64,000 bases of DNA from an uncultured Fibrobacterales bacterium (GTDB taxonomy: Bacteria; Fibrobacterota; Fibrobacteria; Fibrobacterales; CAWVXU01), in the NCBI GenBank assembly GCA_963934255.1, contig CAWVXU010000003.1, forward strand, positions 4,209 to 68,208, written 5' to 3'. This document shows, in pieces, positions 9,613 to 19,192 of the stretch. The notes under the pieces were generated by a model. That model made no database searches. It had not been told where the DNA came from and worked only from the letters and a program-made list of their open reading frames with translations. Position 1 is the first letter of the stretch. Each line of letters opens with the position of its first letter. The position numbers were made by a program, and so were the translations under genes.

Positions 9613-10038
9613 CTAAATTGAAACTTCGTTGGAGACGGGGCATCCGGCCAAATCAGCGATTGACTCGGAAGAGAGAACCTCATTCATCGCAATTTGAGCT
9701 CGACCTAATAGCCCATGAATTCCACAGCCTTGAAATTCACAACAATTTGTGGAAAGCTCCATACAATCCATCAAAGCAAGCTGACCTTCCATGATTTCAA
9801 TGACATCTAGAACGCTGATTTTATTGGCTGGTTTGGCAAGAATATTACCGCCTTTGGCTCCAGGGACGGACTCAATTAAACCAGAAGCGACAAGTTGAGA
9901 AGCCACTGATTGAAGATATTTAAGCGAAATATCCTCAGATTCTGCGATAAGGCGAGTAGGTAATACTTGTGACTGCTCACCTCGCGCTAAACGAGTCAGG
10001 AGCCTTAAAGCATAGTCTGTTTTGCGGGTTAGCTTCAT
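9613..10038 (-). CDS. Rrf2 family transcriptional regulator (IscR/NsrR-like, Cys cluster present)
   Basis: MKLTRKTDYALRLLTRLA N-terminal wHTH; Cys-rich segment CMELSTNCCEFQGC. Confidence 0.85.
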   Translation of the reverse strand: MKLTRKTDYALRLLTRLARGEQSQVLPTRLIAESEDISLKYLQSVASQLVASGLIESVPGAKGGNILAKPANKISVLDVIEIMEGQLALMDCMELSTNCCEFQGCGIHGLLGRAQIAMNEVLSSESIADLAGCPVSNEVSI

Positions 10039-10081
10039 CTACTATGAACTTTCATCATCAATTTTATTATCACTTTTTAAT

Positions 10082-10948
10082 CTAGAACTTCTGAGGAAAG
10101 ACGCCTAAAACATTTAAAATCATTGGGAAAATCATTAAATGAAGGACCGCCATCTGGACCGCTGCCATCAAATAAAATAGACTAAAAATAGGCGAAATGC
10201 TAAGAGCCGGGATGAAACTCAAAGACAATAGAATTAATATGCCACACCATGTCATCGTAGCAAATTTAAAATCATGAATAAACCACTGGATAATCACACC
10301 GGTATTACTTCCAACCTTGAGGCCTTGGCCTAGTTTGAACATCCGCCAAACTTGATGAGCCATCATAAATCCAGAGATAACCAAAAGACTTGTCATCCAG
10401 AATGTAAAACCGGTGAATTGATTGATTCTAAGCTGGGAGATGAGAAGTGCAAGCTGAATAAAGGCTACCGAGATACCTAAGAGCCATGAGCCCAAATAAG
10501 TCCCCCAAGGGTATTTGGCGGCCCGGGAGATTATTGCAATGACAAAGCCTATTGCCGGGATCACCCAGACTATATGCTCAGAAAACTCTAAAGTGTGGGC
10601 AAATGTCAATTTCAGTAAAGCCGAGCTCATGAACAAAACCGAAAGAGCACCCCATTGTTTGCGGATTAAAGCCACGATAACAAGAATGCAAAATACCGCC
10701 GTGAAGCAGATGTGTTCGTAACCCCATACTTGAAAAATAGGTCGGACATCGTAGTGCCCAGCGAAGAAATAATCCATTGTCAATTTTGTTTGACTACTCA
10801 TCCCCGCCCAAAAGCCCCGATATAAAGCGGCCTGAGAGATGTTTTGCCAAACCAGCATCACTAAAACCCCTAGAAACCCAACTGCACGAAATCTGACAAT
10901 CAGTTCAGCAAATTTTCTTTCAAAGGGATCGCGTTGTCTTAAATCCAT
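10082..10948 (-). CDS. Polytopic membrane protein, unknown function
   Basis: Multiple hydrophobic spans (about 8). Lies 43 nt upstream of the Rrf2 gene on the same strand. Confidence 0.55.
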   Translation of the reverse strand: MDLRQRDPFERKFAELIVRFRAVGFLGVLVMLVWQNISQAALYRGFWAGMSSQTKLTMDYFFAGHYDVRPIFQVWGYEHICFTAVFCILVIVALIRKQWGALSVLFMSSALLKLTFAHTLEFSEHIVWVIPAIGFVIAIISRAAKYPWGTYLGSWLLGISVAFIQLALLISQLRINQFTGFTFWMTSLLVISGFMMAHQVWRMFKLGQGLKVGSNTGVIIQWFIHDFKFATMTWCGILILLSLSFIPALSISPIFSLFYLMAAVQMAVLHLMIFPMILNVLGVFPQKF

Positions 10949-11015
10949 AATGATTTCCAGATTTTTAAAGTCAAAGGTTTAATACTTTAGACAAAAATAA
11001 CAAAGTACGGCACAA

Positions 11016-14000
11016 TTATCTAGAAATCAATAACTTCTCTAGTTTAGATTCATTCACTTGAAGACCTTTTGAATCAATTCGACGTGTAATCACTTTGTAA
11101 AAATAGACCCCATTGGCTAATTTACGGCCATATCGATCACGCCCATTGAACACAGTCACTCCACTCACTGCATTATTTAAAATACGAACAAGACGCCCAT
11201 TTTGATCAAATACTTTGATTTTTACTTCAGAGTTTGAATGGGTTTTAAAGAAAAAACGTGTTCGTTTTTTCATTGGGTTAGGGACATTATAGACGTCAGT
11301 CAATAGCTGGACGGATTCGTTACTGAGCTTAAGTAGCCATTGGTGTGAATTAAAGTTTCCTAATATATCTAGTGCGCGAACTTCAAGTGTATATTCACCA
11401 GGTGCTACACTGATGCCAAGCTCTAATCTAAAGGTCGCGCGTTTACCTTGTAAAATTTCAAAATTCGCATGTTGTCTTGTATAAATTTCAGAGACTTCCA
11501 CCGTCACACCTTCATCTACTTCTTCAGACAAGTCTATACCGGTTTCGTCACTCACTTCGAATTCAATACAAGCCGGAGATGATATTTCAATCTCTGAACC
11601 ATAATAACCCGTCGTCACCGGATTCACATCGCAAGGGTATGCTTTGATGATAGGGGCTTCATTATCTTTTATTGAAGACGCATCACTAGATGTTCCATTG
11701 AGAGAGATACCTGACTTAGCTACAGCACCATAATAAGGTTGTTTATCCTCCCAAGCATAAGCTTGAATTACTGCATTTGTATCACCAAAGCTCAACTTAC
11801 GAGGAGTGATAAATTCTGTGGAAAATTCACCATTTTTAAAACCTAAAACTTCAGCGTACAAAGTCTTACCTGACTGTTGTACATAGACATCATCAAAGGT
11901 GCCTTCATTTAAGCCTGGGTAAAATCTTATGGAAGCTTGTTCATTGACTTTTAAATAAATTTTACCTGACTTAGAGGCGCCAGTGACTTGTCCTCGTATT
12001 TGTACTTTCTCAAGTGCTTGGATAGTATCAGGGAGAGATTCAAAATTAATTTCTAATCGAGGCTTGGGAATGGTCAATACCGGCTCACCCAAAAGGATAT
12101 ACTTCTCAGCATTCCAACGGTCAGCGGTATTGCCTGTTTGAGCAATACTTTCTTTCGTTTTTCTCAGCGCCTCACCAAGCAATAAATCCTTAGAAAAATC
12201 AAACATGTTTTCGAAAAATACCGAGGCCATTTCTCTATTGTCAGAATTATAAGTACTGCGACTCGCAGCCACAGTTGCAATGGCACCAGTTAAGCCTTCA
12301 TTAAAAAGCTCTTGTGAAAGGGTGGTCCCGTTAATTCTATCAACTCGACCGACAGTACATGAAAAGGCTGAGAAGATTGGTGTTTTGTATTCGTTTCGAA
12401 TTTGATTAACTGATAAATCATTAAAGAGATTCTCATCAGCAATTTGGTCACTTGAACCATGCCCAAAGTAATTAAAAAACAATTGCCCATGATCTAACTT
12501 TCTAATTATATCCTGTTGAGCGGTTGGTTTTTGAAAACTAGCATCAGAGGCGTAATCATCAATATAAACTTTGGTTTGAGTCAACCATGGATTTTCATTC
12601 TCAATAGTCTTTGATACAATCTCACTGTTTTTCATGTGGTCGGCACCAATATTATCGGCATTACCATTCTGAGCAAAATCATCAGCTGAGAGCAAAATTT
12701 GACTTCTCCAAAAGCCTTGATTCATCACACCTTTTTCAGAAAAGTTACTGAGTTTATCCAAATAATCATCCATGTTGGCTGTCGTTGAAACAGGAAGCCT
12801 ACCTACCGCCAGGTCGAGGGAATAATTCATGCCTAACAAATACTCACCCGGGTCTAGAATTGCATAGAAATCGTCTGTGGCGTAATCCTCGAATTCATAT
12901 ATAGGAACATGAATATCAACATCTTTGGCTAATAAATTTCTCACATCGTAATGAGTATCACCTACAAGTAATAAGTATTTTAAACTAGCCCCTGTTAGAG
13001 AACGAACATGTCTTAAATAATCTCTGATTGCTAATGGACTCGCCCGACCACCACTATAATGCATAAATATTTTTTCAACTTCAACAACTCCCGTTTTCAT
13101 TGAGCGCAGTAAGCGACCTGAACTTCTTAATTCACTGAGTTTAAGTGAAGAATTTACAAACTTGGATGGTGTAATTATTAAATACTCAATATCATTTTGA
13201 GAAGAAGTGCCCGACTCAAGTGTGGATAAGTTTTGGATGGCACCTTGGGGTGAATTAGTTATTGCAAAAACCTCGGGAGTTTTAATGCTTTTGTCCCAAA
13301 TAAAATATTGGCCCGACTCTATCGTGTTAGGGTCAATGTGTAAATTTTCTCTGATAGGGAGGATATTACTTGCTTCATAGTTGACCAATTTTATCAGCGA
13401 CAAATCAGACGATAATTCAATTGCTAAATTCTGAGATTCACTTGTTTCAGTTAAGATATAAGGTTGAGCTGAATCATAATTTAGTTTACCTTTATACCCA
13501 ATCGTGTAAGCATCAAATCGGTGATTATACTGATTAAAGTTCGAACTTAAATCAACTTGAATACCAAAGTTTCTAGAGTCAACTTGAAGCTCGTCTAGTT
13601 GAAATAAAAATTTACCCATATAAGGCCGGTGGTCTAACTTTGTTTGCTCAACTCCGTCGATTAAAAACTGACTACTTGGAGTGGTGATTGCTAATCTATT
13701 TGCTTCGGATAAAATGGCATGACTAGCAGCGAGTGTCCCACGTTCTCGACCTGGGTAATACTTCACCCATGCATAGGCGGAGTCTCCATCATATCCGGGG
13801 AATTTTGATGTATTGGGATGATTGACTGAATACACTGATTCATCATCACTTGGGATAAATATCCAGTGCCATTCTACTCCAGTAGAATCATCAATTCCAC
13901 CCCCATTTGCATCACGATGAACATCATCACGCAGTGTGGTTTCTTTCTCGGCATGGCGGTAATTCCACAAATAGTTGAGTGTATCAGTAACTGCACCCGA

Positions 14001-14636
14001 TAGTGCAATGGTATCCAAAGACTGGGCAATACTGCTTTGAAGCACACCTAGGTAATAAGATTGATAATCACCCCAATGGCTGTGACTTAATTGATATTTG
14101 AGCTCATAACTCGGATCATTGACTTGCTGCCAGATAGATGAACCGTGCCCAAAAAACATGATTGAATCACCTTCATCAAAAAGACCATTTCGATTGGCGT
14201 CTTGAGTCCAAATAGGGACTTCATTGAAATTGTCGGTTGGGCTAGTGATTGAATTGGGAACGACAACCTGGTTGGTATCTGCGCGGGAAGTCCATATTGA
14301 TAATTTGGTCAATGAAGTCCCACGGACATCAAAGCCTGCCACTTTTTCAATATCAGTATAACTTAAACCTTGCATACCGTCCTGAGAAAAGACACCCGGA
14401 CTAGGTGAGTAAACTCGAAATTCTGCTTTGAAATCTGTACTTTGACTGGTGGCTAGTGACATCAATGATGTGTTTAGCTGTTTCTTTTGAATTGTCGGAA
14501 CAACATGACGGGAACTTTTAAAGAAGCCACTTGCTTGCGAATCGCCTATACCTAGAGACAAAACTACCAGTACGAAACAGAGCTTTAATTGAAAAGGCAA
14601 ACTAAGTGCCAAAGAATCTAGGTGTAAGGGTTTCAT
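11016..14636 (-). CDS. C25-family (gingipain/PorU-like) cysteine peptidase with T9SS-type C-terminal domain, paralog A
   Basis: Signal peptide. His/Cys dyad context NYFGHGSSDQ and FSAFSCTVGR (compare gingipain GHGSE / ACxxG). C-terminus YNVPNPMKKRT...VKIKVFDQNGRLVR...FNGRDRYGRKLANGVYFYKV...KLLISR matches the Por_Secre_tail / FlgD-Ig pattern. Confidence 0.8.
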   Translation of the reverse strand: MKPLHLDSLALSLPFQLKLCFVLVVLSLGIGDSQASGFFKSSRHVVPTIQKKQLNTSLMSLATSQSTDFKAEFRVYSPSPGVFSQDGMQGLSYTDIEKVAGFDVRGTSLTKLSIWTSRADTNQVVVPNSITSPTDNFNEVPIWTQDANRNGLFDEGDSIMFFGHGSSIWQQVNDPSYELKYQLSHSHWGDYQSYYLGVLQSSIAQSLDTIALSGAVTDTLNYLWNYRHAEKETTLRDDVHRDANGGGIDDSTGVEWHWIFIPSDDESVYSVNHPNTSKFPGYDGDSAYAWVKYYPGRERGTLAASHAILSEANRLAITTPSSQFLIDGVEQTKLDHRPYMGKFLFQLDELQVDSRNFGIQVDLSSNFNQYNHRFDAYTIGYKGKLNYDSAQPYILTETSESQNLAIELSSDLSLIKLVNYEASNILPIRENLHIDPNTIESGQYFIWDKSIKTPEVFAITNSPQGAIQNLSTLESGTSSQNDIEYLIITPSKFVNSSLKLSELRSSGRLLRSMKTGVVEVEKIFMHYSGGRASPLAIRDYLRHVRSLTGASLKYLLLVGDTHYDVRNLLAKDVDIHVPIYEFEDYATDDFYAILDPGEYLLGMNYSLDLAVGRLPVSTTANMDDYLDKLSNFSEKGVMNQGFWRSQILLSADDFAQNGNADNIGADHMKNSEIVSKTIENENPWLTQTKVYIDDYASDASFQKPTAQQDIIRKLDHGQLFFNYFGHGSSDQIADENLFNDLSVNQIRNEYKTPIFSAFSCTVGRVDRINGTTLSQELFNEGLTGAIATVAASRSTYNSDNREMASVFFENMFDFSKDLLLGEALRKTKESIAQTGNTADRWNAEKYILLGEPVLTIPKPRLEINFESLPDTIQALEKVQIRGQVTGASKSGKIYLKVNEQASIRFYPGLNEGTFDDVYVQQSGKTLYAEVLGFKNGEFSTEFITPRKLSFGDTNAVIQAYAWEDKQPYYGAVAKSGISLNGTSSDASSIKDNEAPIIKAYPCDVNPVTTGYYGSEIEISSPACIEFEVSDETGIDLSEEVDEGVTVEVSEIYTRQHANFEILQGKRATFRLELGISVAPGEYTLEVRALDILGNFNSHQWLLKLSNESVQLLTDVYNVPNPMKKRTRFFFKTHSNSEVKIKVFDQNGRLVRILNNAVSGVTVFNGRDRYGRKLANGVYFYKVITRRIDSKGLQVNESKLEKLLISR

Positions 14637-14687
14637 AGACCATAATTTACAAGATTATAGAGATAAAAATAGCAAAGTGCATAGACT

Positions 14688-17600
14688 TTATCTGGAAATC
14701 AATAACTTCTCAAGGCGAGATTCACGAATGGCTTGATTTTGACTATTAAAAGTCTTCGATAAGACTTTATAAAAGTACACTCCGTTTGCGAGCTTTCGAC
14801 CATATCGGTCCCGCCCATTAAATACTGTCACCCCACTTACGACATCTTTTAAGCTACGCACTAAGCGACCATTTTGATCAAATATCTTTATCTGAACATT
14901 TGCTTTTGCCTGAGTTTTAAAATAGAACTTTGTTCTTTTTTTCATAGGATTGGGCGAATTATAGACATCATTTAAAGCCAAAGTTTGAGCATCACTTATC
15001 TTTAGAAGCCATTTCTTAGAAGAAAAATTGCCCAATATATCTAGAGCTCTTACCTCAAGAGGGTATTCCCCAGGCACCACACTAGCTCCAAGGTCTAGCC
15101 TAAATGTTGCCCGCTTACCATGAAGTATTTCAAAATTAGCGTGTTGTCTTGGATATAACTCTTCAATTTCAACTGAGACTCCCTCATCCACCTCTTCGGA
15201 TAAATCAATCCCTGTCTCATCGGTGATTTCAAATTCAATACATGCAGGAGTAGAACTCTCAATCACATCACCATAATACCCTGTTGTCGTTGGATTCGCA
15301 TCACATGGGTAGGCTTGAATCGTCGGAGGCTGCTCGTCATCAATATCACCTGCAGAAGCTGATGTGCCAAACAGAGAAATTCCTGTCTTAGCCATTGAGC
15401 CATAATAAGGTTGTAAATCTTGCCAAGCATAAGCAGTCAACACAGCATTAGTATCGCCAAAACTGAGTTTTCTTGGTGTAATAAATTCAGTTGAAAATTT
15501 TCCATCCTGAAATTCTAGAACTTCAGCGTAAAGAGTTTTGCCTGATATCTCTGCTGGTACATTTTCTATGATTAGGGGGCTTTCTTGTTTAAATACCCTA
15601 CTTGAAGCCTGTTCAATTACTTTCAAATAAATTTTACCACTTCTTGCCTTACCCGTCACGAACCCTTGCAACTTGACCTTTTGCAAAGCTTGCAAAGTAT
15701 CCGGGATAGAATCAAATTTAATCTCTAACCGGGGTTTAGGGAGGGTCAGTACAGGCTCACCTAATAGGAAATATTTTTCGGCATTCCAACGAGATTTATA
15801 AATACTTCCCGTCGTTGATTGAACGACTCTTTCTTTCGTTCGAGCAAGGGCGTCCCCTACTCTAACATCATCAGTAAAGTCAAAAAGCTTTGCAGCAAAT
15901 ATTTGAGACATCACGCGGTTATCATTATTATATGACTTACGACTAGCTGCAATAGCTGCTATAGCTCCTCGTGTGCCGGAGATCATAAGCTCTTGAGCTA
16001 AAGCGGTTCCATTAATCCGATCTACTCGGCCGACCGTACATGAAAATGCTGAAAAAATCGGGGTCTTTCCTGTGTTGCTCATTTGATTGACTGAAATATC
16101 GTTTAATAAGTTTTCGTCCGAGAGTTGATCACTTGATCCATGGCCAAAATAATTGAAATAGAGCTGCCCATAATCCATTTTTCGAATAATATCTTGCTTG
16201 GCAGTCGGTTTTTGAAAGCTAGCATCGGCTGCGTATTCTTCAATATAAACTTTTGTCTGATTCATCCATTGATTTTGAAATTTGATAACAGAAGAGACTG
16301 CTTCACTATTGTTCATATGAGCCGCTCCTATTTGATCTGCTTCACCATTTTGCGAAAAATCATCGGCTGCGAGTAATATTTGACTTCGCCAAAAGCCTTG
16401 ATTCATTTCTCCTTTTTCAGAAAACAATTTAAGCTTCTCAATATAATTTTCCACATCTTCATCAGAACTTACCGGAAGACGGCCTAGAGATAAATCAAAA
16501 TCATAAGAGCTGCGGATAAGCTCCTCACCAGGGTCCAGGAGGCCATAGAAATCATCCGTTGCATAGTCTTCAATTTCGTATGTCGGAACATTAAGGTCAA
16601 CTCCTTTATTCAACAAATTTCTTACATCATAATGTGTATCACCTACCAGTAGAAGGTATTTAAATTCATCTCCAGCTATTGATTTTACATATCGCAAAAA
16701 ATCTCTGATTGCTGTAGGACTTGGTCTTCCACCGCTGTAATGTTGAAAAATACGTTCCACCTCCACTACACCCGTTTTATATGCATGAAGTAATTTGGAA
16801 GAACTTCTGAGCTTAGCGAGTTCCATTACCGAGGTACTGAGGTGTTGAGGAGATATAATGAGGTACTCAATATCTTTAAAACTAGTATTGACAGACTCAA
16901 GGCTATTCAGATCATTAATAGTACCTGAAGCCGGTGGATTTATTGCTAAGATTTCTGGGCTCTTTATTTTTAAATCCCACATATAATATTGTACTGAGTC
17001 ACTCGTTGCATAATCTCGATGGAGGCCACCGTCAAAAGCTAAGATGCCTACTGCTTCATTATCGACTATCTTGATTATAGGAAGAAACATCCCAACTGGA
17101 ATCCCAACTGATTGGTTAAATTTTTGATGATTAAGGATATACGGCTGACGCTCATCATAAAACAATTGGGCTTTATAGGCAATTGTATATGAATCAAATC
17201 GATGATCAAATATTGAAAACGACGCAGGGTGAACCTGTATACTGAAATATTTAGAATCAAATTTTAGAGTACTTAGCTGATTCAAAAACTTGCCCATATA
17301 TGCAATATATGGCATCATAACTTGTTCTTGGCCATTGATATAAAAATTATACTTCACGCCATCAAACCGGGCGGCTTCAGGTTTGGAAAGTTCAGTTGCT
17401 GCCGATGAGCCACGCCCTCGCCCAGGATAAAATTTCATCCAAGCATAAGCTGAATCTCCTGCATAATGAAGGAAGCTTTCTGTATTAGGATGACTGACTA
17501 TATGAGGATTTCTATCTTCATTATCAATATAAACCCAATGCCACTCCACACCTGTGGAATCATCAATTTCTCGCCCCTGAGAGTCTTTGTGTACATCATC

Positions 17601-18296
17601 ACGAAGAGTAGTTTCTTTTTCAGCATGTCGATAGTGCCAAAGATAGGTCAGAGTGTCATTCACTTCGCCTAATTTTTCCAAGGTATCTAAAGTCAATCCT
17701 ACTGTACTCTGAGTCCCTCCGATTCCCAAATAATACGATTGGAAATCACCCCAAGGACTATGACTTAGCTGATATTTTAATTGATAAATCGGGTCTTCAA
17801 CTCGTTGCCAGATTGATGAACCATGCCCATAAAAAAGAAGTGAGTCACCTTCATCAAAAAGCCCATTTGTGTTGAGGTCTTTTCGGATCATTGGCACTTC
17901 ATTAAAATGTTCTTGAGGGGAATAAATTTCTATTGGCGCTTTAACAGGCAGAGAGTCTGCACTTGAAGTCCAAATTGAAATTGAGTTAATCGGAACACCA
18001 CGAAGCCTGCTGCCCACAATTTTATTCAATGAATTATAGCTCAAACCTTGCATGCCATCTTGAGAAAAATCACCTGGACTTGGTGAAGTCACCCTGATCT
18101 CAGCGACAAAATCATCCGTCCTCAAAGAATTTGAAATTGCTGAAACTTTACGGGCCGATTTTTTAACAATAGAGGGCACTACTTGACGTGAACTTTTAAA
18201 AAAATCACCCGCCGAGATAGGACTCAAGCTAAAAATAAGAATGAACGTGACAAGAGCAAAGGCTGTAGAATTCGAGGGGGAGCAAGAAAGCTTCAT
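14688..18296 (-). CDS. C25-family (gingipain/PorU-like) cysteine peptidase with T9SS-type C-terminal domain, paralog B
   Basis: Same motifs as paralog A: NYFGHGSSDQ, FSAFSCTVGR, YNSPNPMKKRT...IKIFDQNGRLVR...ANGVYFYKV...KLLISR. Lies 17 nt downstream of sppA. Confidence 0.8.
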   Translation of the reverse strand: MKLSCSPSNSTAFALVTFILIFSLSPISAGDFFKSSRQVVPSIVKKSARKVSAISNSLRTDDFVAEIRVTSPSPGDFSQDGMQGLSYNSLNKIVGSRLRGVPINSISIWTSSADSLPVKAPIEIYSPQEHFNEVPMIRKDLNTNGLFDEGDSLLFYGHGSSIWQRVEDPIYQLKYQLSHSPWGDFQSYYLGIGGTQSTVGLTLDTLEKLGEVNDTLTYLWHYRHAEKETTLRDDVHKDSQGREIDDSTGVEWHWVYIDNEDRNPHIVSHPNTESFLHYAGDSAYAWMKFYPGRGRGSSAATELSKPEAARFDGVKYNFYINGQEQVMMPYIAYMGKFLNQLSTLKFDSKYFSIQVHPASFSIFDHRFDSYTIAYKAQLFYDERQPYILNHQKFNQSVGIPVGMFLPIIKIVDNEAVGILAFDGGLHRDYATSDSVQYYMWDLKIKSPEILAINPPASGTINDLNSLESVNTSFKDIEYLIISPQHLSTSVMELAKLRSSSKLLHAYKTGVVEVERIFQHYSGGRPSPTAIRDFLRYVKSIAGDEFKYLLLVGDTHYDVRNLLNKGVDLNVPTYEIEDYATDDFYGLLDPGEELIRSSYDFDLSLGRLPVSSDEDVENYIEKLKLFSEKGEMNQGFWRSQILLAADDFSQNGEADQIGAAHMNNSEAVSSVIKFQNQWMNQTKVYIEEYAADASFQKPTAKQDIIRKMDYGQLYFNYFGHGSSDQLSDENLLNDISVNQMSNTGKTPIFSAFSCTVGRVDRINGTALAQELMISGTRGAIAAIAASRKSYNNDNRVMSQIFAAKLFDFTDDVRVGDALARTKERVVQSTTGSIYKSRWNAEKYFLLGEPVLTLPKPRLEIKFDSIPDTLQALQKVKLQGFVTGKARSGKIYLKVIEQASSRVFKQESPLIIENVPAEISGKTLYAEVLEFQDGKFSTEFITPRKLSFGDTNAVLTAYAWQDLQPYYGSMAKTGISLFGTSASAGDIDDEQPPTIQAYPCDANPTTTGYYGDVIESSTPACIEFEITDETGIDLSEEVDEGVSVEIEELYPRQHANFEILHGKRATFRLDLGASVVPGEYPLEVRALDILGNFSSKKWLLKISDAQTLALNDVYNSPNPMKKRTKFYFKTQAKANVQIKIFDQNGRLVRSLKDVVSGVTVFNGRDRYGRKLANGVYFYKVLSKTFNSQNQAIRESRLEKLLISR

Positions 18297-18313
18297 AGCT
18301 ATAATCTAAACAT

Positions 18314-19192
18314 TTATTGCCAGATAAATAGCGGCATTTTACTTTTGTAGACTTGGAGTCCACCTAAAGCACTTGAGATAGGCTCTTTAAGAAGTCTGTC
18401 AATCAAGGGAGCAGGTGGTGTTATTTCAATAAACTCTGCTGATTTAGCAAGCCCTGTTTGTTCGATAATATATTCTTTGGCGATATCAAATCCACCAAGA
18501 GAGTCAACTAAACCAAGTTCAAGAGCACGACGTCCAGTAAAAACAGAACCATCAGCGAATGTTTTAATCGAATCAATACTTAAACCACGGCCCACAGATA
18601 TTGCTTCCATAAACTGCATCCAAGTATCGTTAATTACTACTTGCATTTTCGTGGCTGAAGCTTTATCTAATTTCTTAAAAGGATTGCCTGTAGCTTTATG
18701 AGCACCGCTATTAATGATGTTCATTTTGACCCCGATTTTTTCCATCAATTCGGTGGCTTCAGGGAATTGCGTGATGACACCAATCGACCCCGTAAGTGTT
18801 CCAGGATTAGCAAATATCTTTAAACTTGAGGCCGTTGAATAAACGCCACCTGAGGCTGAGATATTTCCAAAGCTGGTGATGACAGGAAAGTCGTCTTGGC
18901 GTAACTGAAGAAGTTTAGCATTAATCTCTTGAGCTGCACCCACAGCGCCGCCAGGAGAATCAACACGAAGTAGGATTCCACGACATTTTGGATCTTTTAG
19001 ATGGTCATTAAACTGATTAAGTACTGGCTCTGAATCCATCAAAGCACCTTGAATCTTAACAAGGCCAATATAAGGCGCTGAAGCAGTTGGATTGACTGGC
19101 CCTTGAACCAACTGACCCATCAAAAATCCACAACTAGCAAGCATCATAAAGAAACTGCAGACGACCACTAAAAACCAAGGTATTTTTTTCAT
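18314..19192 (-). CDS. sppA: Signal peptide peptidase SppA, 36K type (S49)
   Basis: GILLRVDSPGGAVGAAQEI, ISASGGVY, GSIGV. N-terminal membrane anchor. 4-nt overlap with the upstream transglycosylase gene. Confidence 0.85.
   Translation of the reverse strand: MKKIPWFLVVVCSFFMMLASCGFLMGQLVQGPVNPTASAPYIGLVKIQGALMDSEPVLNQFNDHLKDPKCRGILLRVDSPGGAVGAAQEINAKLLQLRQDDFPVITSFGNISASGGVYSTASSLKIFANPGTLTGSIGVITQFPEATELMEKIGVKMNIINSGAHKATGNPFKKLDKASATKMQVVINDTWMQFMEAISVGRGLSIDSIKTFADGSVFTGRRALELGLVDSLGGFDIAKEYIIEQTGLAKSAEFIEITPPAPLIDRLLKEPISSALGGLQVYKSKMPLFIWQ

Larger units (their letters stand above)
10994..18296 (-). repeat. Tandem duplication of an about 3.67-kb unit (two C25 peptidase genes plus about 24 nt of 3' flank)
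   Basis: The two proteins are colinear along their full length, roughly two-thirds identical by eye. The 3' flanks also align: aaaaataacaaagtacggcacaattatctagaaatc versus aaaaatagcaaagtgcatagactttatctggaaatc. Confidence 0.8.
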
